Assembly (NCBI GenBank): GCA_026770705.1
Contig: JANJGN010000009.1
Coordinates: 164,362,001-164,426,000, forward strand
DNA length: 64,000 nt
Source of the DNA: Isurus oxyrinchus
Taxonomy: Eukaryota
Reading direction: 5' to 3'
A program made the translations under genes and the position numbers. Positions 1-12,629 of this stretch are shown one piece after another. The notes under the pieces are model-generated. The model was given only the letters and a program-made list of their open reading frames with translations, ran no database searches and was not told the DNA's origin. Numbering within the stretch: position 1 is the first letter of the stretch; every line of letters starts with the position of its first letter.

Positions 1-189
1 GTATGAACAATTTTCCTGATGAAGCAACAGCGCTGAAGGAATTCACCCCTTAGACTCCGAAGGCAACTTCCTCCTCAATTTCCTTCCTCAATTTGTTGAC
101 AACAAATTGTCAACAAGTGCTGAAAAACGGGTGTTGTGCACCAGGCTTAGGCTAATCAAACTCAAACCTTTCGAGTATTGTTTTAAATG

Positions 190-812
190 TATCCTTTCAA
201 GGGATGTGGTCATTACTGGGAAGCAGGGCATTTGTTGCCCATTCCTAATTACCCTTGAGAAGGTGGTGGTAAGCTACTGCAGTCCATGTGGTGTAGGTAC
301 ACCCATAGTGCTGTTGGGAAGGGACCTTTATGGTTTCAACCCATCAACAATGATGGAATGGTGATATAGTTCCAAATCAGGATGGAATGTGGCTTGAAGG
401 GGAACTTGTGGGTGGTGGCATTCCCATGTATCAGCTGCCCCTGTCCCTCCAGGTGGTAGAGGTCACATGGTTGGAAGGTGCAGTCAAAGGAGCCTTGGTG
501 AATTGCTGCAGTGTATCTTGTAGATGGTACACGCTGCTGCTACTGTGCGTCAATGGTGGAGGGACTGAATATTTAAGGTGGTGTTTGGGGTGCCAATCGA
601 GCAGGCTGCCTTATCCAGGATGTATCAAGTTTCTCGAGCGTTGTAGACTTGTGCCTTGCAAATGGTGGACAGGCTTTGGGGAGTCAGGAGGTGAGTTACT
701 CACTTCAGAATTTCCAGCCTCTGACCTGCTCTTGTAGCCACAGTATTTATACATGACTGGTCCAGTTCTGACAAATCGTAACCCCCCAGGAAGTTGATAG
801 TGTTTATGGTTG
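190..812 (-). mobile_element. CR1-clade (HER1-like) LINE 3' fragment
   Basis: Reverse complement carries the shark LINE/SINE tail (ACCACCACCTTCTCAAGGG..ATTAGG.ATGGGCAA.AAATGC) preceded by a degenerate RT C-terminus (NWTSH.NTVATRAGQRL-like); related copies at 29380-30060, 11970-12280 and 55800-55965. Confidence 0.75.
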
Positions 813-1254
813 ATAGTAAACAAGGAGAAGAGATCATATTTCAATTAGTTTGAGTTGGATTCAAAGACAGCCTCATAAATGAAAATGCATTTTTCTACCA
901 TACAACCTCACAGTCCTGTACATTGTATTAGTTTATGTACAGCAATAGTGCCTCAGTAAATATGTAAGATTGATTTCTTTTTGTTTTGCTTTCAATTCTG
1001 GTGTAGGTATCGTTATAACTATATGTGTGCCAAGTCAATTTTGCCAATTTTCAGCCATCAGTCAACTGTATAACTGGATCCTTAAAGATTTGTGGTACTA
1101 GTGAGGAGTCCTGAGTGCATTGGAAATTAAAATGATTCTTCCTTGCCATGAGCATGAATTAGTAAAATTATCCCCATCACTAGTAAAAGCTCAAGAAATA
1201 AGAGTGATCTGCAATGTGATTTCACCTATTATGAGCATCTCAAATGAGTGCCAC

Positions 1255-1625
1255 TGCAACAACATAAACTTGCATTTGTATAGCACCTCTAACTCAGTAA
1301 GGCATCCCAATGTGTTTCACAGGGGCTTTATTAAGAAAAATTTGGCTTTGACATAAGCAGATATTGGGGCTGATGACTAAAAGAGGTAGGTTTTAAGAAG
1401 CATCTTAAAGAAGGAAAGAGAGGTAGAGAGGCAGGGAGCCGTAGGGTAGAAATTCCCAGGCAGCCAAAGACATGGCCTCGCCAGTGGTGGAGCAATTAAA
1501 ATGAGGCCAGATTCTTAGGAATGCAGGTATCTCGGGAGGTTATGGGGCTTGAGGAGGTTACTGAGATATGGAGGCATGGAGGTCATGGAGAGATTTGAAG
1601 ACACAGATGAGAATTTAAAAAGTAA
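1255..1625 (-). mobile_element. L2-type LINE/SINE 3' end fragment
   Basis: Begins CAACAACATAAACTTGCATTTGTATAGCACC, the reverse complement of a GGTGCTATA.AAATGCAAGTT..TGTTG tail; related copies at 2835-3092 (+) and 30535-30800 (-). Confidence 0.6.
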
Positions 1626-3118
1626 CCAGAAAAAAACTTGAAGTGACAGAAGTGAATTATTTAAAAGTGTAATTGTTAAGTTATTTTTTGCTACAAGTTT
1701 AATTATAAGCTTTAGAGAAATGTAGCTTTCATACCATACTTTGAGTGCAGTATTTTGCACATCAACCACAATCTAGAGCTACAATAGCTAAACATCCTCA
1801 CCCAAAACCACTCGTAATATTCACCATTACCCTACTTAACAGCAGATCTTCACTGCTTGCAGTGGTAAGACAATTTTGTGATGATATGTGTTGATTGAAA
1901 TGCATTCCCCTGGGTTTCAGCGTGATTCAACATTTATGTAATGAGTGCTACCCTCTACAAAGCTCAGGGGTGACCCAGTGCAAGTCAGACTGGGATTCAT
2001 TGCTCCTCTGTTTAACCAATGGTTAAGTGACAAAGTAATAAGCTCTTGATTGTTTTATGGATACAAAAGAAAGACAGTATTGGGGCTTGCTTGACACTTA
2101 TCAGAGTCAGTTAAAGACTATGCAGTCAATACACACTCAGTTTTCATGGTCTATGAGTGATATAATGTGGCCTGGGGGCTGAGTTTAGGAACATAGGAAT
2201 TACTAGAAAAAAGGGAGAGCGAGACCCACCTAGTTAGTCTTCTACCACCCTGGCCAGCCCACAATATAATGATAATGGAATTGTTGATTAATCATAATCA
2301 ATCTCCAACAATTAGCTTACAGCAGACATGGGCTGGAATTTTACTGGCCCATCGTGGCAGGGATGGTGCCATAAGATGCAGCGAGCCATTCTAAACTCCA
2401 TTGACTTCGATGGGACTGTAAAATTCCACTGGCATAAAATTCCACACTATGAACATGATGTGATGCAACCTCCCCCCCACCACCCTGCCCCCTCCCCCGC
2501 AGCACCCCCCCCCCCCCCCACCCCACCCCCCACCACCTCATGCCTGCCAGTGGTGATAAACAATGGAACATTGGAAAGTTTAGCCTTTTCTAACATGTTA
2601 GAAAAGCATATTTTGCGTTATTTGTTATGCAGTGTTTTCTAAATTTTAGCCATTTGCATGCTGGGGTGTTTCAATTTTGTGCATACAGTTTTTTATTTGA
2701 TGATCATTTAATCCTTAGGATTTTCACACTGTGGTGGTGAAATAAATGATTCTCTTGCAATCAATGTCAAAATTAATTTTGTTACTGTAACATTAACGTT
2801 CATGACTTAAACTGTGCCGAGAATTCAGTTTTATTTCACTCCACCATTGGCTGCCATACCTTCAGCTGCCTAGGCCCTAAATTCTGGAATTTCTTCCCTA
2901 AACCTTCTCACATCTCTACTGTTCTCCTTCTTTAAGTTACTCTGTTAAACTTTTCTCTTTGCCTAAGCTGTTGATACCTGTCCTGATACCTCTTTATATG
3001 GGTCAGTGTCAAATTTTGTCTGATAATACTCCTGTGAAAAGCCATGGAACATTTTGCTACATTAAAGGTGCTATATAAATGCAAATTGTTGTTCTTACGG
3101 ATGTCAAGTTGTATTAAG

Positions 3119-3164
3119 CATTTACTACTGCTGGTCATGTTGTCAGAAAGGCTCAGAAAGGCAG
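3119..3164 (+). CDS. Gene A (CD300/pIgR-like inhibitory receptor): putative stalk exon (x)FTTAGHVVRKAQKG(R)
   Basis: AG at 3117-3118 (weak pyrimidine tract) and strong donor CAG|GTAAGT; phase 1 to 2, which matches the phase-2 start of the TM exon. Confidence 0.55.
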
Positions 3165-3521
3165 GTAAGTGAAAAAGAAAATCAGTGTTTTGTTTTTAAA
3201 TGGGTTGGGCTATTTCTCTAGGGTTTCGTTTACTGAGGTCTTGCTGAGAGGTGGGAATAGCCCTGCATGAATTTAATTCCATAATGGATTAGAAAGAACT
3301 GTGACATAGTTAGAATGTTAAAAATAGGAGACAGCGGAAGAGGGGCAAGAATTGATGGTGGGAAAAGGCATCAGTTGTCCTATGTTATCATCTGGAAGAT
3401 TCAACAGATTTTGAAATAAGTTGCATTATTGTGCATGTTAACATGTCCTGGACCACGTGTGGCTGATTACATTTGTCCCGATACTCATGTAATTTTTCAC
3501 TGTCTTTCATTAACCACCAAG

Positions 3522-3622
3522 ACTTTTCCTGACGCTTGGACTAATCTTTGGAATTTTGACGGTGATGCTTCTTGCACTTGTGATCCTAGTCATCAACAAA
3601 ATAAGGAAGCACAAATATAACG
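3522..3622 (+). CDS. Gene A transmembrane exon LFLTLGLIFGILTVMLLALVILVINKIRKHKYN
   Basis: AG acceptor at 3520-3521 and donor G|GTAAGT; uncharged hydrophobic stretch followed by basic stop-transfer residues; phase 2 to 1, as in the gene B TM exon; not in the ORF track. Confidence 0.9.
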
Positions 3623-4439
3623 GTAAGTTCTGAAATAAAACCAATTTTCCCACGCAACAAAATAAATCCATCTTTCAACCGAGTTAAACAAAAAAAAAAC
3701 CAACCACGTGATGCGGGGCGACCTTTACCGGATCGTGCCAGTTGAGCTCCCACCTACATAGGCATTTCAAGAGTATGTACCCTTTGTCAGGGCAGGAATC
3801 TCCTTGTATTTTCACTTCAACCTGGCACCAAGCTCAGTAGTGAGCCAACAGTGACGGTACTTCCTTTATCTCCTTGGAAGAATAGGAACTCTGTTGCAGT
3901 GTCCATTCAGCACAATATAATAGTGACAGGATTGCCAGTAACATTGTGGCAATTTGTATGTGGTACATAGCAATGTGTATTGTTTCTTGCTGATAATTTT
4001 AAAATGCTTGGGAGTCATTTTAGCAACACAAAGGTGATTTTATTTCTTAATTAAAAGGACCACTTGTCTGTATTTTCTCTATCTTTTGTGTGTGGAGAAA
4101 GAAGACATGTCCAGTTTGGTACTGGATAAAGAAGTGAAACAATTATAATTTCTCAAACAAATATCGAAAGCAAGATATATGAATGAGCTGTCAAATATCA
4201 AATGATCCCTTTGTAAATAGAACTACCAGTATTAAATTAGCCGATGGATCATCACATGCAGAATTGCTAGTAATTTACTGACTTGTTAGTACTATTCAGA
4301 GTTAGATTCCATTAGAATAATTGAATCAGGCAGATATTTCTCAAATCCAAGGACATACAGAAAACAAAAAGAGATTCTGTTTATACAGGCTTCTCTGTAC
4401 CCTGATACCCTGAGATACTTCACACTCAATGAACTATTT

Positions 4440-4550
4440 TTTTTTGAGTATGGCTGAAAAAAGAGACATGCTGTCAAAGCTTTTCATCTTGCACTCATCA
4501 GGACTAGATTCACAAGAATGCCAAATCTCAAAGGCGATAACAATTTATGT
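4440..4550 (-). ncRNA. Penelope-like repeat end with minimal hammerhead ribozyme motif (core 4472-4504)
   Basis: Minus strand reads GTC-CTGATGA-GTGCAAGAT-GAAA-AGCT-TT-GAC: hammerhead core boxes, palindromic stem III (AAGCTT) and GTC/GAC stem I. Confidence 0.6.
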
Positions 4551-5628
4551 CCTTGCAAACCTGTCCAGATGGGTGCAAGACAAAAATGTCTCTTCGACAG
4601 AACCTCTTTTTTTTTTAGCAATACTCCAGTTCTGTACTACCAAGTGGCTAATTCTTAAGTGCCATCATTATTGTTAAATAGGACAGGATGCTCAGCAAGG
4701 TCCTGCAAACTCCAAGTGAAACAAATGACCAGGTAAAGGGGCCAATTCCCATATTGTTAACACAAGCTAGTTCACCAGTGCAAATCTCACCAGATCGTAA
4801 TCTCTTGATGACACTCAATCTCTACAGCTCAGCCTTTTGTGCTGAATGACTTACAGTTCCAGGTGAAGATTAGGATGGGTGCAGCTTAGAATTCAAAGGG
4901 ATGTAGTCAATTAAAGGAAGTCACAGTTTAGCATGTCAGATATCCTTCCAACCATTGGAAAGGCTCAAAAAAATGCATCTTAATTGGTTTTACATCATTT
5001 ATCAAACCAACAGCAGGAGAGGATTGAAATATGAAAGGCATAAATTTGAGAATAGGTAACCCAGTACAACTGCAGATAAGTGATAGATCAATCCTCACCT
5101 GATTCCTTATTCTATGGTTACCAATATTAAGGTGACCTTGTATAAAGTGGGTGTGAGAAGGTTACAAATGGTTTACATTCCATGGCAGCCTTGCCATAAG
5201 TCAGCATTGTGCTATGCCTGGATGAAACTGGGAGCAGTTTAAGTCTACAATAAAAGTGAAGCCTGCAACTTAAGTTACAAGAATGTCATAGAGTCCATAT
5301 TTTTGCCTGTCAGCTTTTTGGGGCATTCTTATAGATGATATTGTGTCAGTTTTTGCTGGATTTCTGGATGGATACACGTGAAATTAATGTAAAATCTCTC
5401 CAATGGTTCAGTTGAATGACCAGTTCCCCACTCTAATTCTGCGGCGGAAATATCCAAGTATTGAATGAGGGTATGTAACATTTGCAGACAGGCAAGCATG
5501 TTTATTTTTGAAACCTTTGCAGCAACACTTATTTATTGTTATTCACAGTGAATTGCAGCAAGGCCACTGAGATTTGCGTGTAAGGGAACATCCATTTTTC
5601 TAACAGAGAGGGAGAAAAAAGAAACAAA

Positions 5629-6267
5629 GGCCGGAATTTTCCGGGTGTCAGGCACACGTGATTGGCGGGCCCAGGAGCAGACAGGAAATGGGCACTTTTG
5701 GCCGCGATCGGCTCCCAACCGCGATTTCACACGGGCTGGCCAATTAAAGCCCAACCCACGTGACATGTGCACTGAAATGCTCAGCGCTGCCAGGGTGAGG
5801 GCAGAAAGAGGGCGGGTGCCAACGTAACCAAGGCCGTGGGTGAGCGCTTCGAGAGAGCCCCCTGAAGGCAGACAGCTGCCCCAAGAAGCTGCGGACCTCC
5901 ACAGACTAAAGGATACGACAAAAAAAAGTCCATGCAGCACAATCAAGCACCTGAAAGCACACCTCATAAAAACCAGTACCCAGATTATCTCTTTTTATTT
6001 TATTTCCCCACGGAGATTTCATCCTGCCCCGGATTGAGGTTTGAGCAAAAATGTGAACCCCGCCTGGGAGAAGCCAACCATAGATGTGGACGGGTCACGT
6101 AAAATCGCTGTTGATTTCCTCGTTGATGGGCTTAATTGCCCACTGCCATGTGCACCCAGCGAGCGAAATATCGCGCCAGTGAGAGGTGACAGCGGGACAC
6201 TCGCCCAACGTCGTCTTGCTCTATTTCACATCCGTTCAGGTCACCCACAGGGCGTAGAATTCTGGCT
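5629..6267. mobile_element. PIF/Harbinger-type non-autonomous element (MITE)
   Basis: Termini GGCCGGAATTT ... GAATTCTGGCT, flanked by a 3-bp AAA duplication; CpG-rich interior. Confidence 0.75.
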
Positions 6268-7252
6268 AAAAGAGATAGAGGCAGCCAGGAGTGAAAGTCA
6301 GCGAGAGCCTCACGGAGATAGATAGGAGTTTCAATGAGTGGAAGGCAAACAAAATGGCAGAGAAGGAACAGGAAGAATGTAGACTGTGGACAATGTTCCT
6401 GTAAAATGTTGTTGCTGGACATGGCCAAATTTTTTTCACTGCATGGTACCTTTAAGTTATTTTGCTTTGTGAACACAGAACACGGCCTGTACAGTATTTT
6501 CCACAGCCAGGCGCACACACACAACTTTAAACATGGGCCGGGAAAGACATTTTCACCTCGCCACCTATGCATATAACCAGTGATGTAGATTTGTCACCCA
6601 CTCTAAAAACCATCTACTTTTAAGTTCCATTCATTCTAATGGAGATGAAAATTGGTCAGTTTCCTGTGTGAAAAGTGTTAAACCTGTCGTTGCGGTGGAG
6701 GGGGGGTGGGGGGGGGGTTGTGGAAATGGGGGACAAGCTGAGATATAGCTACTGGAAGGCTAAGGCTTTTTTTCCCTTTGATTTCATCCAAGAGAAATAT
6801 TAAAAGTGATCGATTCATTAATACAAACAGAAAAAAAAACAACTTCAAAAATAGCTAAACATTAAATTAATTATATTCAATTTGCAGTTAATGAAAGGCA
6901 ATTGAGTAGAGAAGCGATATCAGAATATATTATGAGATTTAATGCAACTGCCTGACACAGACTGGAAGCATTTTACCTAACAATATGCATCTAATGTAAA
7001 CCCATGTCTGATATTAATGCCTCCTTATGTAATTAATTGTGAGACAAGGTTTTAACTGAAGTTTTCAGCTACTCAGGAAGTATATTACCTCAACACTCTC
7101 ATTTATCCCCATATTTCGTCTACTGTTGAATAGGGAATATCAAAGAGGGCAATTTAATTTTTAAAAACTCAGCATTTAACACCACACAAAAACAGTCACA
7201 TTTTGAATCTTCCTGTTGCTTTGCTCACTATCTTTATGTTTGGATTTTTCAG

Positions 7253-7308
7253 ACAACAGAGAGAAGGAATCAACAATAGAAAATTCCATTCCGAAGTCAA
7301 ACTCTGTG
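7253..7308 (+). CDS. Gene A cytoplasmic exon (D)NREKESTIENSIPKSNSV
   Basis: TTTTTCAG acceptor and GTG|GTAAGG donor; 56 nt, phase 1 to 0, joining the TM exon to the terminal exon in frame; same size and phase as gene B exon 42216-42271. Confidence 0.85.
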
Positions 7309-8319
7309 GTAAGGCTATAACCTGTTGATAATACTGGGTGGTCTCATACTTGTGGAATCTCCTAGCCTGTGAAGTTGGTATGATGGGCATACATGTTTCG
7401 CACATCCATCTGAACTTCCTTTTAACCAGGTCTTTCAGAAATGAAGTTAGGATACACTTCTACACACAAAGAGTGGGAGAAATTTGGAAATCGCCTCTGC
7501 AAATAGCAGTTAATGCTAAATTGATTGTTAATATTAAATCTGAAATGATAGATTTCTGTTCACCAAATGTATTAAGGGATTTAGGGCAAAGTTGGGTACA
7601 TGGAAATAGGTCACATTTCGACAAGTTTTCATTTACTGATCTAAAACCATGGCGCTGGATTTTACACTCTCCCTGTCCCTGCAGCAGGTTTGAAGGCAGG
7701 GAGAGTGCAAATTCCAACCCTACACCACAATGTTACCAGCAGCAGAGGTGGCATTGGATGGCCAGTCATCAGTGGGCTAACTGAGACCCTGAAGTGAGCA
7801 AATTACGCTCATTAAAGACCTCATCCCGCTGAATTAAACTGGCAGCGGGAGAGGCCCATGGCAAGTGATGACCCACCAGGCTGGCAGGGGGAACAGGGTC
7901 TCTTTTTAATGATCCCAGGGCCCATCAGAGGGGCCCACTAAGGTGTTATTCCACCCCCCACCCCCAACAGGGTCCCATCCTCTCCATGGTCTCTCAAATC
8001 AACTCCCACCCCCCTTGTTGCAGCCTGCTAGCTTGGAACCCAGCGAGACCCTCAAAACACAACTCAATACAGCGCAGCTCACCTCCTCAAGTGCAGTACT
8101 GGCAGTGGCCACCACTTACGTTGGCGCTGCCGGTACTGGAGACCTGCCTGCCTCTGATTGGATGGCCGCTGTCTGAGGTGGAATTGTAGGGCAGCAGTCC
8201 CATCTCGAGCCAATTACCGGTCTATCAGCTGTTAAGTGGCTGCAGGACAACCTTTCTTCACCTGGGCAGGCTGTTCCCTGACATTTTAACCAGGTGTTGT
8301 GGTGGTGGTGGTGGTGGCG

Positions 8320-8636
8320 GGGAATTTAAATTCAGTTCATTAAATAAACTTGAATCAAAAGCTAGGATCATTGACTTGAGACTACCACTCTGTTCATTTG
8401 GTTCATGAATGTCATTTGGGAAAGCATACATGCCATCCTTAACCCAGTCTGACTCCAGACCCCCAGCAATGTGGCTAGATCTTATATCTCCACTGAAATG
8501 GCCTAGCAAGCAATTCGCTTGTAGCAAACCAGTCTGTAAAAAAAAAGAGAACGGATAGCAGATCAAGAAGGCCTTCCAAGGACAATTAGGGTCATGCAAA
8601 TAAATTCTGGCATTCTGACATCACATGAATGATTTT
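8320..8636 (+). mobile_element. HE1-like SINE, degenerate
   Basis: Similar to 37995-38268 (GACTCCAGACCC.CAGCAATGTGG ... CAATTAGGG tail). Confidence 0.55.
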
Positions 8637-9503
8637 TTTAAAAATGTTGGATCAGGATCAAGGAGCTAGATGGTCTCCTCCTGTTCCTATGATGGAGGAA
8701 AGCCTAGAACACAGAACCAATCCATGGCATGGAGTTTGCTCTATATTCACAGCAGGCCAACTATGCCTGCAAAATTGAAAATTGTAGCCCATGGGGGCTC
8801 TGGGCCCCTTGCATTAACTGGCTGTCTTAGGCTGCAAGTATTTTCAGGCCTTTTCACAGGGCCCCAGGAGCACTCACAACATCTTCCAGCTGGTGGAGAC
8901 TTATGTCGCCCTGAGGGAATAATGGAAATAGCTCCCTGCCAACATGCCCCCTTGACATTGAGAGGTCTGGGGGTAGAATGGGGGGTTGGGTGGTGGGTAG
9001 CAGGGGGGACAATAGAAAACTCACCCCCTTTGCCATCCTCCACGTTGTGAAAAATTTCAGCTGTGCAATTCCTCCCCCTCTTTCTGGTCTCAGTCTGTTG
9101 CCGAAGAATACATCCAAGGCCCAATCAGGATTTTGGGGCCTAGGTTTTTGTTGGTTGGAGAATTGCTTTGAAGCTAAGATACATGACCCTGCAATACAAG
9201 CAACCAGATCAGTCACTGATTAAGTTTTATAGATCAAATTGTGCAAAAGGATCTGCCAATATACTTTTCTATGAGCGTGACAGTGGTGCAGAAATGGTTA
9301 AAATTCTTTCCAAAAATAAAGTTACTGATTAACTCAAGCAGTTGCATGTAATATTGATTTCACTACCTATTTATTTTAGAGTTTCACAGTGCGTTTATTT
9401 TCTAAAATGAAGAAGTACCTAAATTTTCACTTTTGTATTTTAGTGATGGATTGACTCATTGCTTCATTCCCCTCAATCACATACTTTTATTCTTTATCTA
9501 CAG

Positions 9504-9695
9504 TTGTCCAGAGTGTTGGAAGGAGGAGTTACTTATGCCACTGTGACAATTCAGCCCATCAATCACCCTCAGGAGGACTCCGCTACTTACAATAATGTGA
9601 AACCTTCCAACAGTCAGGAAGCAATCAAACCATCAGTTACCGAGCATCCTGCTTCAGAACCTACAGAGTATTCCACAGTTGTATTCAAAAAGTAA
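9504..9695 (+). CDS. Gene A terminal exon with ITIM (VTYATV), YxN/ITIM-like (ATYNNV) and ITSM (TEYSTV) motifs
   Basis: TTCTTTATCTACAG acceptor, phase 0, stop TAA at 9693-9695; tyrosine motifs typical of CD300a/CD300f-like inhibitory receptors. Confidence 0.9.
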   Translation: MSRVLEGGVTYATVTIQPINHPQEDSATYNNVKPSNSQEAIKPSVTEHPASEPTEYSTVVFKK

Positions 9696-11969
9696 TGTTC
9701 TTCCAACATGATCTCTACAAGCTGCTTTTGACCCACTTTCTGAAGAATGATATTCCTGTAAATTGTAAATTATTCAGTTACAGCATGAGTATAATTTTGC
9801 ACCTTGTGCATATTGGAAATATCTTAGGCAGAGTGCCTGAATTTTTCCAATATTTACCAGTGGCTTGAATCCTCTTTCTCTAAAGTGCCCTCTGAAACAG
9901 ATAGTTTCTGTCTACCAACCGAATTTCTCTAGATGGGGTTTGGGGGTGCTGGACTGGAGGGAGGGGGGGGCGGGGCAGTGGGGGGATGTGGGGTTGGTGT
10001 CCAAAGCAAGGGAGCAGAACCTTAAAATCAGAGCTGTTCAGGGGTGATGTCAGGAATCATTGCTTTAAGCAAAGGGTGGTGTGGAAATCTGGACTTCTCC
10101 CCCAAAAAGTTGTTAAGGACTAAAATTGGGATTGACAAATTTTTTTAAGCAAAGGCATAATTTTTTTTTCTCTGATTATGGGTAGGCAAAATAATATTCT
10201 TTGAAATATTTAGCAATTTAATGTAAAAAGCATTGTTGTGAAGTAGCAATAATTGTGGCTCATGGAGAATCATGGTGGTGTGATTCCCTTTAATGTTTTA
10301 TCAACTGTATTAAGGGATACCAAGGCAGGTACATGGAGTTAAGATACAGATGAGCCGTGATCTAATTAAATGGCAGAGCAGGTTAGAGGGGTTGAATGAC
10401 CTACTCATGTTTATTTGAACCTATCACCTGCAACATTACAGTCAGCATCACTGACAGCCCACTTACCTGTCCAGCAATGTTCCCTCTAAACCGTGTGGGC
10501 TCATGGCTGCACAATAATCCCAAAGGGACCTTGCAGTGCAAAAAACAGACCGTTCACAACAAAGAAAAATTAGAGGGAACATTGTTGGGCAGTCACCCTC
10601 ACTCTGGTAAAATGACGGCCATCTTTCAAAGCTAGGAGAAAACAAAAAAAAAAAGCAAGCATCCTGTTAGATTAGCGATGAATGGGTGAACCAGAGGCGT
10701 TGATAGGCAGTCCTGTATATTTATGGATCTGTACATGTACTGCGGCTGTGTTATTCAGGCATATACAGCACCAGAACCACACAGGACAATATACAAATTT
10801 AAATTAAAAGTAAAAGGCTTCAGTGCTTCCAACTTCCTGCTTTGCTGTGCGTGAGAATACAACAATCTGACTGGCTGCTTATCCTGCTTGCTGATGCCAC
10901 TGCTGCTGCGCACTTGGAGATCCCCTTGACTTGTTGCTATATTTAAATTGCCTTTGAGCAAGGGGAAGTCCACACCACAGAATTTGGGAGATCTTTGTGG
11001 ACAGCTTTCTTAGAGGTCAATGGCGGGTGCCATTGTTTTGCTGCTGGCTACAAAATCTAGCCCAATGTCATTGGCATGAGGTCACCAATTGGTACCTTTG
11101 GAGCGTGCCAACATTTAAGAGCCCACAACAAATCGGCTTCAACGTAAATGGATAATTAAATCACTACTAAGTAGATTCAAGTAGAATAGTTCTTTTAATT
11201 TATATTATAGTATTAGTCCAAGTTGTCAACAATCCTTTGCCTGACTGATCAATAATTATAGAACTGAACAGTTAACTGATATTCATCAAATCTTACATGT
11301 GACTGTGGTATTATGAAAAGGAAACAAGTATAGTGTCAAATACACAATCAACCAGAGGCTAAGAATGAACTGAATATTCATAATTTATTATCCAAGAATC
11401 CTAAGACTGACAGATAAGCTTCTTCATTGAATCTGATCACTTTAACAGAATGGATAAACAGGAGAATGACTGGAAATGTTATCGACATGAGTTTTATGCA
11501 ATGGAAGAAAGTGAATTATGTAATAAACTGTTTTAAGGTAATTAAATATTTGTTCCCAGATACATAAACAAAACTAAAGACTGCAACTGTGCAAATGGAA
11601 ATTTGGAATCCTATCTAGTTTATCAATCTTGAAGCAGAACTGTACGTGAATTCAAAGGGATACGTTTAGAAATGTCTTAAATAATAATTTCTGACTTTTG
11701 AAGCAGGATAACTAAATTCAACATACTTAGAAATCCATAAACAATTTAGCTGATGTATTTACTGAAGTACTAATGGCACACTAACCCACAATTTTTTAAA
11801 TTTACATTTGTAGTTGGTGAAGGATTGTTAACTCCCAGATACCTGTTACTTTATCAGTTGCGTGCGATGATTTTTATTGCATGTTGAAATTGCTGTACTT
11901 TTCTTCCACAACGACATTAAAACTTCATAAACAATTGTTCTGAGTATGTAGCTTTCAGTTTTATCTTTC

Positions 11970-12280
11970 AGCAGCACCTACTCAAACCCGCAACTTCTAC
12001 CACTTTGAAGAACAAGGGCAACAGATATATAGGAACACCTGCAAGTTCCCCTCCAAGTCACACACCATCCTGACTTGGAACTATGTCACCGTTCCTTCAC
12101 TGTCACTGGGTCAAAAACATGGAACTCCCTTCCTAACAGCATTGTAGGTGTACTTACACCTCATGAACTGCAGCGGTTCAAGATGGTGACTTACCACCAT
12201 CATCGCAAAGGCCTTAGGGATGGGCAATAAACGTTGGCTATACCAGCTAAGCCCACGTGCCATGAACAAATAAAAAAAAT
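11970..12280 (+). mobile_element. CR1/HER1-like LINE 3' end
   Basis: GGAACTCCCTTCCTAACAGCA...GCAGCGGTTCAAG...AGGGATGGGCAATAAA tail ending in an A-rich run. Confidence 0.7.
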
Positions 12281-12629
12281 CGTTAATCAAATTATGTAAA
12301 TTGCATTCATAAAACGAAGATTGTTATTGAAGGGTTAGTGATGCTGGTATGAACTCTTGCCAGCAACAGTACAGATCCAAAACTCATGTGCAGACTCAGA
12401 AAATTAGACCTGTTGTCTTTTTCACATTATATGGGAAGTAACCTGCCGTTGGAGAACAGAAGCTCAAATTCCTCTGAACACAAAGATCTGTTGGGAGGCT
12501 GCAAGAGAAATGCCTACCTCTCTGCCCTCCCTTGCCTTGCTGCCTGTCTGCCTCAGATCCTCCAATGTGGGAGTATCACGGTGTAAGGCCCACTGAAAGC
12601 ATCTTCAGGTGTCCCTGGTCTTAGGAACC

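Noticed and set aside
1055-1101. Candidate stalk exon of gene A
   Set aside because: Phase-1 use with either donor creates a stop when joined to the TM exon, and the donors are weak.
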